NCBI GenBank assembly: GCA_963700285.1 | Contig: CAVOXA010000005.1 | Span: forward strand, 192,001 to 256,000 | Origin: an uncultured Chloroflexia bacterium | GTDB lineage: Bacteria > Chloroflexota > Anaerolineae > JAAYZQ01 | Length of the DNA stretch: 64,000 nucleotides | Reading direction: 5' to 3' | In this document: positions 44,974-55,640 of the stretch, piece by piece | Position numbering within the stretch: position 1 is the stretch's first letter | Layout: the number at the start of each line of letters is the position of its first letter | Program-made: the position numbers and the translations under genes | The notes under the pieces: model-generated | What the model saw: the letters and a program-made list of their open reading frames with translations, nothing else | What the model was told of the DNA's origin: nothing | Database searches by the model: none

Positions 44974-45413
44974 TGGACGCCTCCTTCGGGAAAGACCACG
45001 CTGGCTCCGGTCTGTTCCTCAGTGTGCGCGACGAACTCGTGGAGCAGTTCATGGGTAAAGACTGTATCCTCCTGTTCGACCTTGGGCCTGCCGAGCACCA
45101 GGTAGTCGGTGCCGAGTTCGTGGCACAGGCCGATGAGTTCCTCGCGGACGTTGCCGTGGCGAACCACCCCCTTGGCGGCGATGCCTTCCCGGGCAGCCGT
45201 CTCCTGGGCCATCAGCAGCATGAACTCGCCCATCTGGTGCATCTCCTGCGAGATGGTGTGCACCCGGCTGGTGGGCGTCTGGGACAGAAAATCCAGGTTC
45301 ACGACGTACAGGAAGCAGAGTGGCAGGCCGGTCTCCAGAGCCAGGGCGATGGCTTTTTCAATCGTCGGTTGGCTGGCCGGTCCGCCTCGGACGGCGCATA
45401 CGATTCCAGGCAT
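44970..45413 (-). CDS. Universal stress protein
   Basis: IVCAVRGG, FLYVV, RHGNV, YLVLG. Confidence 0.88.
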   Translation of the reverse strand: MPGIVCAVRGGPASQPTIEKAIALALETGLPLCFLYVVNLDFLSQTPTSRVHTISQEMHQMGEFMLLMAQETAAREGIAAKGVVRHGNVREELIGLCHELGTDYLVLGRPKVEQEDTVFTHELLHEFVAHTEEQTGASVVFPEGGVQ

Positions 45414-45756
45414 GCTTCACTCTCCCTTCGTGTTTTCTTGCTCAGACGGAGCATTCTTTCACACCCGAACCAGGCCCTCAGTCAGGCAGGCGTTGGCGCC
45501 GATCAGGCCGGCAGTCGGCAACACGACTTCAGTCTGAAGAGCACCCATATCTTCTTGCTAAAGCCGGCCAGGGCAGAGACCAGCACCGCTTGGCGGTGCG
45601 CGCCATGATCCAGGCGCTTCACGGGCCGACGGCGCGGCCAAGTTGTCGCTCTCCTAGGACCTGCGACTGTACAATTGGGTACCCCGTAGAGTGACAGTTC
45701 AAGCCAGTGGCGCCTATGTGCGTCCTTTCTCTGCTTGGATCAGAACAGCGGCTATC

Positions 45757-45785
45757 ATTATACCATGAATGGTTCGATCGCGCAT
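45757..45785 (-). promoter_or_regulatory. Extended -10 promoter (TGGTATAAT), weak -35
   Basis: ATTATACCA at 45757-45765 on the + strand, upstream of the USP/permease operon. Confidence 0.55.
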
Positions 45786-45807
45786 CTTGCATACTGGGAA
45801 CCGTTAC

Positions 45808-46077
45808 GGCTGTTGCAAAGTCGTCATCGCGAGCGTCAGCGCCTGTCCCGAGCATGTCCTGAGTCCGCGAAGGGCCTGTCGAGGGAAAACGATCTCCACT
45901 TGTGCCCTGGGGATTGCCACGGCGCAAACAGCGCGCCTACTAATGACACCGATCCTGTCACTGCGAGGCCCGCCGTTTGGGCCGAGGCACCGCCACGAGG
46001 CCTCGCGGTGACAGTCTCCACTTGTGTAGTTGGGGATTTCTTCGATCCGGCAAAAAGCGCCTCCGCTCGCAATGACG
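45808..46077. repeat. Nested cluster of REP/RPE-like palindromes including an inverted partial copy of the 2316-2453 MITE
   Basis: 45808-45948 is the reverse complement of ~2358-2452 plus a ~46-nt insert; a second GTCACTGCGAG...CTCGCAATGAC unit follows. Confidence 0.85.
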
Positions 46078-46099
46078 AGGTCAGGTGTCATTCCATTTA

Positions 46100-47295
46100 G
46101 AGTGGCGCCCTGTCTCCGGCGTTGTCTTTCGCGACCTCAACGGCGACGGCGTGCGAGACGCTCGGGAGCAGGGCGAGCCCTGCGGATCGACCACGAGCGA
46201 AGCGGACGGCACCTACACCCTGCAGCACACCTGCGGCACGACAACGGTACGGCTGGAATTCACGACGCTGCCGGCCTGGGCCATATCGGGACCTGAGGGC
46301 AAACACAGCGGCACCAGTGTCCGGGACAGACAATAGCGACCCGCAAGCCCTGCACACCTATGTTTGGACGCTGGATACAGGTACCGGTGCGTCCAGCCCC
46401 ATCCTCGAATAGCAGATGATGGCCGACATCGAGTTCTTTGGCAACGATCTGACCCTGGGCTTCCGCGACCGCTTTGGTGACCAGTGGGGAAGTTCGTCCG
46501 ATTGGGGCTACTTCCTGGGCGATGGCAACGGCGACATCAAGTGCGCCAGTTGGGATGAGGGCAGCGGGACCTACATCATGGAACACAATGGGATCTGTGG
46601 CTCGCGCCAGGCCAAGGGCGCCCCGCGGGGGCCAGGCCGGGGCGATGACCCAGGCAGCGAGCTTTACTGGGGTGAAGGTGACAACGAAACCCTGGGTCCC
46701 GGCAACGAGTTCGAGGATGAATACTCCATGGGGGCGCTGGCCCAGTTCGGGACGGAGCCGCTGGCCGCCACACAGATCGACCTCAGCATATGCTTTGGCC
46801 ACACGAGCTACGATGTGGGAGGCATCATCTGGCACGACAATCTCCTGGGCACACCGCTGCGTGGCTACGGTGTCTACGACTCGCGTGACGATCAAGGCAC
46901 CTTCCGCAAGGCCAACGGGCTGGGCGACCTGGAGGCGCTGTGCGAGCCCGTCCCCCATTGAGATCGACAACCGGCTCTGGGACGATGCCGACTGGGACGG
47001 CATCCAGGACCCAGGAGAGGCGGGTTTGGACAAGGCAACCGTGCAACTGTGGGCAGGGAAAACCAAGGTGGGCGAGGCACAGACCAGCAGCGATGGACAG
47101 TACTACTTTGGCGGCGTCGAACAGCGCAACATGCTGTCCTGCGGCTCGGAGCTAACTCCTGGCGCGCCCCTCAGTCCTTGCAAGGTTGAAACCAACCAGG
47201 CCTACGAAATCCGTATCTCGCTGGATGGCCCAAACCTGGCCGGCCGGCTTCCGACGGTTGCGAATCGGGGGAGCGACCTCCACGACAGCGACTGT
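46100..47295 (+). pseudogene. Fragmented SdrD B-like domain surface protein
   Basis: GVVFRDLNGDGVRD, KANGLGDLEALC, NRLWDD...DGIQDPGE, T..DGQYYF; stops, frameshifts, no start. Confidence 0.75.
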
Positions 47296-47307
47296 GCAGG
47301 CGGGCAC

Positions 47308-47449
47308 GCGGGCGGCGGGGCTCACCAGGTAGAGCTCGCCTTGGCCGACGTCTTGCGGCGTACCGAGGGCCAGCGGGTAGGGCCGGGTTCGCTCGTCGCG
47401 GATCTCGGGTGTCCGGCCAAAATCCCTCGGCTCGACCAGCGAAGGAAGG
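47308..47449 (-). pseudogene. Diverged fragment of the SDR gene 3' region (copy of ~50007-50148)
   Basis: CAGCGGGTAGGGCCGGGTTCGCTC and CTCGACCAGCGAAGG shared, with scattered substitutions. Confidence 0.8.
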
Positions 47450-47518
47450 TCTCTGCCTTGAGCAGAGTTGCGTTGGGCAGGCGTTGGTCGATAGAACCTG
47501 TCACGTCTTGGTTGCGGT

Positions 47519-49891
47519 CTATTCCTCCGCGACGATCAATGGCAAATAGATCTCAGACTGCGCGCCCTCCACTGCCAGATCCACCTTGTACGGTGTCGGG
47601 TCATGGGCCCAGACTAGTTCCGTCGATGCCGTCGCTGCCACCCCATTCACCCGGAAAGCCAGCCGCTCGCCCTCCCGGAAACCGGGGATGGGCGGATCCT
47701 CGGCGTCCTCGCCAAAGACGTGCATAACGCCATACTGGCCCTCGTGGCGGAGCATAGTACAGCCGGCCACCTCGCCGCGGGGCGTCAGTACCTCAACCAC
47801 GGTTCCGGGGGGAGCCGGGTTGTCGCCGACTGCCAGCATGCCATAGACCAGGGTGAAGGTAGGCGTGGGCGCCGGGTGGCTGCAGGCGCCCCACGCGTGA
47901 AGCGGGGCGAGGTCGTCGCGAGAGCCGGGGGCCTGTGCCAGGCCCGCGTCACTGGGATAGACCAGGCTGGTCGCCTGGGTGGCATGGAGCAGGTAGCCCT
48001 GGCCGGGCTCCATGTGAGTCAGGGTGCTGTACACCGGGTCTCCGGGGATGTAGGTCTGGTCCAGGCTGTGGACCAGATCGTACTGACCGTCGATGCTGGC
48101 CAGGGCGGTACCGATGGGCAGGGTCGTATCGGGCAGGAAGCTGATCCAGTTCCAATCCGCTGCCAGGGGCAGCGGCGTGTCGACGGGGATGGCAAAGCCC
48201 TGGACTTGAAGCCCCGCTTCAATCCCACCCTCGAGGCGCAGGTAATAGCTCGCCGCGCCGGGCAGTTCGTTGAGGGTCTGGTAGACGGGGTCCAGGTTGC
48301 AGTCGTGGACGCCTGTCTGGCTCAGGACGCGGCAGTAGAGACCATCGATCGAGGCCAGGACGGCTGCCACAGAGGGGTCGGGCGGCTCCACCCGCCAGGA
48401 TGCCGCGTTCCAGCCTGGCGCCAGCGTTCGGACTGTCTCACAGAGCGGGGTCGTGTCCTGGGCCACGTTAGAGTAGTCGGAGTATTGGCTGTCGCCAGAC
48501 CAGTAGGCTCGGACGCGGTAGTGGTAGGCGAAGCCGCAGTCCAGCCCGCTGTCCTGGTAGGTGGTCGTGTCCGCGGCCACGGTGGCGATCTCGGTCCAAC
48601 CCGTGCTGCCATCGGGCGAGCGCTCGATGTAGAAGGCGGTCTCGTCCGGCGAGTTGTCCTGCCAGGTCAGGTCGATCTCAGTCTGTGAAGAGGCTGCAGC
48701 CGCCAGACCATCGGGCGCCTGCCCGGCGCCGGTTAAAGTAGACAGGACGTGGATGTCCGTGTTATCCATCACGCCGGAGATCCGGTCAGCGTTGAATCCT
48801 GAGGCATAGATCGGTACATTGACGCCTGTATGCCCGGTAGTGGACCACGTCACCGTGGGAAAGTTGTCCTTGCCGTTGTTCTGGACCACCGTCAGACCGC
48901 CGGTCTCGTGGTCGGCGGTGACGATGACCAATGTGTCAGAGCGCCCCGCGGCCCAGTTCATCACAATCTGCACAGCATCGGCGAATTCAATAGTCTCCAG
49001 AATGTTGCGCTCGAGGTTGTTTTCATGGCCAGCGTGGTCAATGCGCCCGCCTTCGACCATCAGAAACAAGCCGTCTAGATCTGCATCGAGGATGTCCAGA
49101 GCGGTGGAGGTCATTTCGGTCAGGTGAGGCAGGGCCGTATAGCTGCCGTCATACTCGTAGGGCAGATGGGAGGCCCCGAATTGGCCGGATACCATCGTCA
49201 CCTGGTCGGCGTCAAGGGCTTGCATCTCAGCCCGGTCAACGACGACGGTGTATCCGGCCGCGGCCGCTGACGCCTGGGACATGCCGTTGCCCCCCCCGCC
49301 AAAGAGCACGTTGGGCCGCGTCTGGTTCAAATAATCGCCGGCGATCGGAGAGAGGTTGTTGCGGCTCGTGTCGTGGGCGCCAAAGGCCGCGGGCGTGGCG
49401 TGGGTCATGTAGGTGGTAGTGACCAGGCCCACGTTCTTGCCCTGGGATCTGTAGAATTCGAGCGTGGTCCCTAATGCGCTGCCGTCGCCGGGGATGGCCA
49501 GGCTGATGACGCCATTATTGACCTTGACGCCTGTGGCCATGGCGGTGGCCGCCGCAGCCGAGTCGGTCACTGAGCCGCCGGAAGCGTAGGTGGTCATTTC
49601 AGCCTGATACGGCATCTGCTCGAAGGACAGTGTTCCCTCCTCCCCATTGAGGTACATGCCAGCGGCTCGCACCTGCTCAAAGCCCATGCCATCGCCAATC
49701 AAGACGATCACATTCTTTGGGTAAACCTGGCCCTGGGCGAGGGTCGTCGTTGTGCTATGTGGCAAGCCACCCAGGATCAGGATCAGAAGCAGGACCAGCC
49801 CCAACCGTGACAAGGCTCGCCAGCAAGGTAGGCAAGGAGGCTGCGCCTTGGCAGGCCGCAATCGCGCTACCCTGTTGCAATGGTCGTTCAC
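47519..49891 (-). CDS. Secreted alkaline phosphatase (PhoA family) with FN3 and C-terminal accessory domains
   Basis: IGDGMG, VTDSAAAAT, THATPAAF, EGGRIDHAGH, TADHETGG; FN3 LTWQDNS; terminal IYLPLIV. Confidence 0.92.
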   Translation of the reverse strand: MNDHCNRVARLRPAKAQPPCLPCWRALSRLGLVLLLILILGGLPHSTTTTLAQGQVYPKNVIVLIGDGMGFEQVRAAGMYLNGEEGTLSFEQMPYQAEMTTYASGGSVTDSAAAATAMATGVKVNNGVISLAIPGDGSALGTTLEFYRSQGKNVGLVTTTYMTHATPAAFGAHDTSRNNLSPIAGDYLNQTRPNVLFGGGGNGMSQASAAAAGYTVVVDRAEMQALDADQVTMVSGQFGASHLPYEYDGSYTALPHLTEMTSTALDILDADLDGLFLMVEGGRIDHAGHENNLERNILETIEFADAVQIVMNWAAGRSDTLVIVTADHETGGLTVVQNNGKDNFPTVTWSTTGHTGVNVPIYASGFNADRISGVMDNTDIHVLSTLTGAGQAPDGLAAAASSQTEIDLTWQDNSPDETAFYIERSPDGSTGWTEIATVAADTTTYQDSGLDCGFAYHYRVRAYWSGDSQYSDYSNVAQDTTPLCETVRTLAPGWNAASWRVEPPDPSVAAVLASIDGLYCRVLSQTGVHDCNLDPVYQTLNELPGAASYYLRLEGGIEAGLQVQGFAIPVDTPLPLAADWNWISFLPDTTLPIGTALASIDGQYDLVHSLDQTYIPGDPVYSTLTHMEPGQGYLLHATQATSLVYPSDAGLAQAPGSRDDLAPLHAWGACSHPAPTPTFTLVYGMLAVGDNPAPPGTVVEVLTPRGEVAGCTMLRHEGQYGVMHVFGEDAEDPPIPGFREGERLAFRVNGVAATASTELVWAHDPTPYKVDLAVEGAQSEIYLPLIVAEE

Positions 49892-49943
49892 GGAAAAGTT
49901 TCCGCCAATACAAGGATGATCTTGTTCATAGCGTTCACAGGGC

Positions 49944-50705
49944 CTAGATCACAGAAGATCCCTGTTGGATCCCGCCATTGAGGTGCAGGCTGGTGCCCGA
50001 CACCCAGCGGGCCGCGGGGCTCACCAGATAAAGCACACCCTGGCCGACGTCCCGCGGCGTACCGAGGCCCAGCGGGTAGGGCCGGGTTCGCTCCTCGCGG
50101 ATCTCGGGCGTCCAGCCAAAGTCCCTCGACTCGACCAGCGAAGGCAGGATGGCGTTGACCCGCACACCCCGCTCGGTCACCTGCTCGGCAAAGGCCACGG
50201 TAAGGCCCAGGACGCCGGCCTTGGCGGCGTTGTATGCCGGGGACATCCCCTTGCTGCCATGGTGCGCCGCCGACGAGCTGATGTTGACGATGCTGCCGCT
50301 GCCGGCCTCCAGCATCGGAACCAGCGCCGCCCGGCTGCAGTAAAAGACACCGCTCAAGTTGACGGCAATCGTCCGCTCCCACTCCGCATGGGGCAGGTCC
50401 CAGGCGTTGCCGTCCGGGGCGTCGATGGCCGCATTGTTCACCAGAATATCCAGGCGGCCGTACTCGGCCAGCGCCAGGTTCACCAGTGCCTCGCCGTCAG
50501 CGGGGATGCTGGTGTCCATCAGCATGCTCACAGCAGCGCCGCCAGCGGCCAGGATCTCTTGCACGGTGCCCGCGGCGTCCTGAATGTCTCCGATGACGAT
50601 CTTGGCGCCCGCTTCCGCCAGGACCAGCGCGATGCCCTGGCCGATGCCCTGGGCGGCGCCGGTAACGACGGCGACCTGTCCATCCACCCGGTACTGATCA
50701 GACAT
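49944..50705 (-). CDS. SDR family oxidoreductase
   Basis: TGAAQGIG, NNAA, YNAAK. Confidence 0.9.
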   Translation of the reverse strand: MSDQYRVDGQVAVVTGAAQGIGQGIALVLAEAGAKIVIGDIQDAAGTVQEILAAGGAAVSMLMDTSIPADGEALVNLALAEYGRLDILVNNAAIDAPDGNAWDLPHAEWERTIAVNLSGVFYCSRAALVPMLEAGSGSIVNISSSAAHHGSKGMSPAYNAAKAGVLGLTVAFAEQVTERGVRVNAILPSLVESRDFGWTPEIREERTRPYPLGLGTPRDVGQGVLYLVSPAARWVSGTSLHLNGGIQQGSSVI

Positions 50706-50823
50706 ATGCACGTTCCTTCCCTTTGCTGTGTGTGATGCCAGGCAGCGAAAACCTGGTCTTGCCCATGGAGCAGGATTGTGATACAATCCCAGCTACCGAT
50801 TCAGAAAGGCGGTGACACGTACC

Positions 50824-51204
50824 ATGAAGGCCATCCAAAGCCCAGAAGCTCCGCTGCCCGCCGGACACTATGCGCAGGCCATCGTACACAATGGCCTCGT
50901 CTATGTCTCGGGACAACTACCCGTAGATCCAGAGACTGGAGAGAAACACATTGGTTCCATCGAAGAGCAGACCAGCCAGGCCCTGAAGAACGTAGCCGCG
51001 ATCCTGAAAGCTGCGGACAGTGATTTAGGTCAGGTCATCAAGGCCACGGTCTATATCTCGGACATCAGTCTGTGGGATCGAGTCAACAAAGTATACGCCG
51101 AATTCTTTGGCGCGCATCGTCCCGCCAGGGCCATTGTACCAACCCGCGATCTGCACTTTGGTTTCCAGATAGAGATCGAGGTCATCGCCGCAGTCACCGG
51201 CTGA
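50824..51204 (+). CDS. RidA/YjgF family deaminase
   Basis: GHYAQA, YVSGQLP, HRPAR, IEIE. Confidence 0.92.
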   Translation: MKAIQSPEAPLPAGHYAQAIVHNGLVYVSGQLPVDPETGEKHIGSIEEQTSQALKNVAAILKAADSDLGQVIKATVYISDISLWDRVNKVYAEFFGAHRPARAIVPTRDLHFGFQIEIEVIAAVTG

Positions 51205-52085
51205 CATTGTAGCACGTCACAGGACCTGGTGCAAACCCCACTTGCCTGAGATTCTCACTTTGAAAGATGATCCACTTGCTGCAATAGGTCTGGAGCGACG
51301 GGGCCTTTGCTCACAAGACTGGGGAAAAGATCACCGGGCCTTTTGCTTCCCAGGACATCGATCGTGTACCCCGAGAAGGATCAACGCTGACTCCGGTACC
51401 GGGATCCCTGGGCACCACAGGCAGCCCAGGACATCCGCCCCATCCGTGTCTCCTCGATTTTCCAGCTAGCCTCCCCCATGGCCAGGACGTAGAGCCCGGC
51501 CTGCCCCACATAGGTCGCCGCAGCGAAACCCCATCAGCACTAGAGCCTCGTTCTCGTTCGCACAGAAGCCAACGCGCGAAAAGTCAACCAGTCCACTGGG
51601 CTGGGGGAAGCCTGCCGTCGCAAGGCAAACCCATGCACGCCTCCCGCCAGGACTCTGGTCAGGAATCTCCATTGGGGACAGATTCTGCTCAATCATCCGG
51701 TGACTCCTTGAGAGCAGCTTGATCGCGTTCTCGGCAGCGCACGGGCTTGGGTTGTGGCAGCTCCATCCACGGACCTGTGCGCCAGGTACCCCGCTGCTGG
51801 CATGGGCGAGTCTGGGCGAAAAGCGGCGAACATGCTCGCCGGAGAGGACCAGCACTTTCGAACACGATACCGCAACTGGATAGATTCCTCAATGTCCCGG
51901 GCCCTTTGCGACGTTCCTGCCACGTTTGTACCACCCTGGTCTGCTGCTGTGGAGCCGGAAAAGCAGGAGCGAGCGGCGTTTATCAATAGAAAGAGGGCAC
52001 CATGTTATGCTGTCGGGTAGATTGAGGCTAGTCAGCCAGGTCTTCATTCAACGAGATCAGAACAGGGAGTCAGGAGGAGGGGATC

Positions 52086-52418
52086 ATGATGCGAGTATCC
52101 GGGGATAAAATGGGGCAACTCTCGTGGCGCTGTCCGGAGTGCGGAGAGACCATTTCTTTCGCCAGCCATTCAGCGGTCTGCCTGGCAGAGAGGTCGGGAC
52201 GCTGCCAAGGTTGCCGTGCCAAAGCAACATTTGACCTGAACCCAGGCTTGGTGAGCTTCTTCCTGGAGTACTGGGCCCGCACCGATGCCTGGCCGCAGAG
52301 TAGCTCCTGGCTGAGGGCCATCCCCACCTCCGGGATCTCTATCCTGGGTCCACCTCAGCCAGCCGGGGGAAGGCTCGGCGCGCCTGGCAGGCCCGCTGCG
52401 GCTACAGCCACTCGGTAA
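52086..52418 (+). CDS. Possible small Zn-ribbon-like protein
   Basis: GGAGG RBS; CPEC...CQGC pairs; no family recognised. Confidence 0.4.
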   Translation: MMRVSGDKMGQLSWRCPECGETISFASHSAVCLAERSGRCQGCRAKATFDLNPGLVSFFLEYWARTDAWPQSSSWLRAIPTSGISILGPPQPAGGRLGAPGRPAAATATR

Positions 52419-52547
52419 CCGGCAGGAACCGCTGGGGGACAACTGGGCTGGCGTCTCACCGGCCAGAACACCCCCGAAGCAAGGGTTCGGCACCATGAGG
52501 CCCTGAGTCCCGTCAAGCGCGATCACCCCGCGCCATTGCAGCGCTCA

Positions 52548-52576
52548 TTGCCATTGTGGCAGAGGCGTGGTATAAT
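52548..52576 (+). promoter_or_regulatory. Promoter TTGCCA-N17-TATAAT
   Basis: Consensus spacing with TG extension, upstream of the MalT-like gene. Confidence 0.75.
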
Positions 52577-52640
52577 CTCCCCATCCCAGGTACCCTATCG
52601 CCCGCTAGGATCCCGTGTGGATACCAAAAACCATGGGGAA

Positions 52641-55401
52641 ATGAGCATGCCCCTCCTGAGAACGAAATTCAGTATTCCGCCACAGCGGCCAAACCTTGTA
52701 CTCCGGCCGCGCCTGATGTGGCGCTTGGCGGAAGCGCAACGCCTGCAGCATCCCTTAACGCTGGTGTCGGCCAAAGCTGGCTCGGGCAAGACCACGCTGG
52801 TCAGTGAGTGGCTGCACCAACAGGACCGGCCGGCGACGTGGCTCTCGTTGGATGCCAACGACAGCGACCCACGACGGTTCTTTCGCTATCTCGTTGCGGC
52901 GCTGCAAGTTTGTGACGCTGAAATCGGCCGCAGGGCGCTAAGCCAGTTGGAGGCGCCCGTACCCCACCAACCTGATGACCTGGTCGCCGAGCTGATCAAT
53001 GACGTGGCATCCGGCCCTACCCCCTTTTTCCTCGTGCTCGACGACTACCATCTCATCCAGAACGAATGGGTCCACCAGGCAGTCGGGTTCCTGGTCGAGC
53101 ATCAGCCGCCCGAGATGCACCTTATCCTAGTCACCCGCGTGGATCCCCCCTCCCGCTCGCCCGGTTGCGGGGCCGGGGCCAGATCACCGAGATCCGGGAC
53201 CCCGATCTACGCTTCACGGAAGGCGAAATCGCCCAGTTTCTCAACAGTGTAATGGACCTGGACCTGAGAGACAGGGAGGTCTCTGCGCTCGAAGCGCGCA
53301 CCGAAGGCTGGATCGCGGGCCTGCAGATGGCGGCCATCTCGATGCAAAGCCACCGGCGGGCTGGTGACCAGACCGCGTTCATCGATGCTTTCAGCGGCAC
53401 CAACCGCTTCATTTTGGACTATCTGATGGAGGAGGTTCTCAACCAGCAGACACCGGCCGTCCAGGACTTTCTCATCGAGACTTCTATTCTTGAGCGCGTA
53501 TGTGGTGGTCTGTCTGACGCGGTGCGATGGGGCCCCTCCGCATCGCCGGGCGGACGGGTGGATGGTTCCGGTGCGGCAGGGACACCGTCGGATAGCACCG
53601 TGCGTGACGGCCAGGCCATCCTGGCACAGCTCGAACGACGCAATCTGTTCGTGATGCCGCTGGACGAAGAACGGCAGTGGTATCGCTATCACCATCTTTT
53701 TGCTGATTCGCTGCAAACCACACTCAAGCAGCGCAGATCGGCCGAACAGATTCGAGCGCTACACCGCCGCGCCAGCCAGTGGCACCGGGACGAGGGCTCC
53801 CTGGAAGAGGCCATGATCCATGCCATGGCTGCCCAGGATTTCGAATCAGCAGCAGCGATGATTGAACAAAATATCGCTACCATGCTCTCGCGCAGTGAGG
53901 CGCCGGTCCTGCTGAGCTGGATCGAGAAACTGCCAGAGTCGATCGTGCGTGGTCGTCCGTGGATCGATATCTATCGGGCCAACACCTTGGCGCTAAGCGG
54001 CCTCGATTGAGCAGGTTGAGCCTCTGCTCGATGCCGTGGAACAGCGGATCGAACCCGGCGCCCCCAGTGCCTCTGAGCTTCTGGGCCACATCGCGGCCAT
54101 TCGCGCTTTTGTCGCCAATCTGCGCGGCGATGCGCCGCGGGCCATCGAGATGGCGCTCCTAACCGAAAGAATCTTGCCGGATGGGCACATGAACGCAAGG
54201 GGCATGGCCACCTACGCCCTGTCAGACGCCTACTTTGCCGGCGATGACATGGACGGCGCCAGCCAGGCGTCGCAAAAGATGCTGAGCGCCGGCGAAAAGA
54301 CGGGCCGGTTGCTGATTGCCGTACCGGCACTGTGCGACCTGGCCGAGATCAACAAGATCCAGGGGCGACTTTACCAGGCGGAGCGGCTGTACGCGAAAGC
54401 GCTAGCATGGATGGTACAGCGCAAAGGCCTCGATACGCGGGTGCGCTGTCCGTACGAGTCTGGCCTGGCCGATCTGCTGCGCGAGCGGAACCAGCTCGCC
54501 GCAGCACGCGAACATGCACTGACCGCCATCGAGTACAGCCGGCGTTTCGGTGTAGGCAGCATCTGGGTGTCCAGCTACGTTGCGCTGATGCGCATCCTCC
54601 AGGCGCAGGGTGATGCAGAGGGCGCTCTGGAGGCCCTTCGCAACGCCGAACACACCATGCAGAACCATTGCGTCCGGCTGGCGTCGAGGATCGAGTTCAG
54701 GACTGCGCGGGTCGTACAGTGGCTGGCCGTGGGCGATCTGGAAGCAGCAAGTAGCTGGGCCCAAGAGTGCGGCGGCAGCTCGGAGCTGGAACAGATCGCG
54801 CTGGCGCGGCTGCGACTGGCACAGGGCCACAGCGCCGGTACGCAGCGCCTGCTGGAGCGACAGGCGGTGCTGGCCAAGGCGGGTGGGCGCAACGGCCGCC
54901 TGATTGAAATCCTGGCGCTGCAGGCCGTGGCCCTGGAATCTCTGGGCCAGCCCAACCAAGCCGCCACGGCTCTGGATCAGGCCCTCTCCCTGGCAAGGCC
55001 CGAGGGATACCTGCGCGTGTTCCTTGACCTGGGGGTGGCCGCTGTATGAACTGCTGAGAAAGCACGCCACGCAGAGCTCGGCGGCAGGGACCCTCGCCGG
55101 AGGCCAGTTTCGCAGTCTGCTGGATGCATTCCGGCTGGAGGGCGCGGTACGGCAAAGCTCGATGGCCGGGGCGGTATCCCAGGCGCCCTCGCCCGCTGAT
55201 GGCCTGGTAGACGCCCTCACCCTCCGCGAGATAGAGGTCCTGTGCTTGCTGGCCGTGGGCCTCTCGAACAAGGAGATTGCCGGCAAGCTGGTCATTGCTC
55301 CCAGCACCGTCAAACAGCACCTGAAGAACATCTATGGCAAGCTCTCCGTGCACAACCGTACGCAGGCTGTAGCGCGCGGGCGAGAACTGGGTCTGCTCTG
55401 A
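52641..55401 (+). CDS. MalT-like STAND/LuxR transcriptional regulator, about three frameshifts
   Basis: LLRTK..P, SAKAGSGKTT, LVLDDYH, RTEGW.AGL, WYRYHHLF, LT.RE.EVL...GLSNKEIA HTH. Confidence 0.9.
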
Positions 55402-55640
55402 CTCCCGGTCGCGCTGCGGCGCCCCCTGGCTACCCCTTTTCTTCCACATAACATCCCCCGCGGGATTCCCCATTTGGGGCATGACACCGCCACGCATCAA
55501 CCCTATAATGGACTTGATTTACGGAGGGCAGCCGCCAGCATACACGCCTCGCAGCGTGAAGAGTTGCCCGAGACGCTCAAGATGGCTGCCCGTAAGTGGA
55601 TTGCACTGTGGCGATCAACTGCGGAAAAGGAGGAGACTGT

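Noticed and set aside
51615-51660. c-di-GMP-I riboswitch suggested by GGCAAACC
   Set aside because: The GAAA tetraloop stem and downstream ACGCAAAGC/TAA elements are absent.
54008-54010. TGA in the MalT-like gene as selenocysteine
   Set aside because: Homology continues in a different frame and another stop follows in frame; this is a frameshift, not readthrough.
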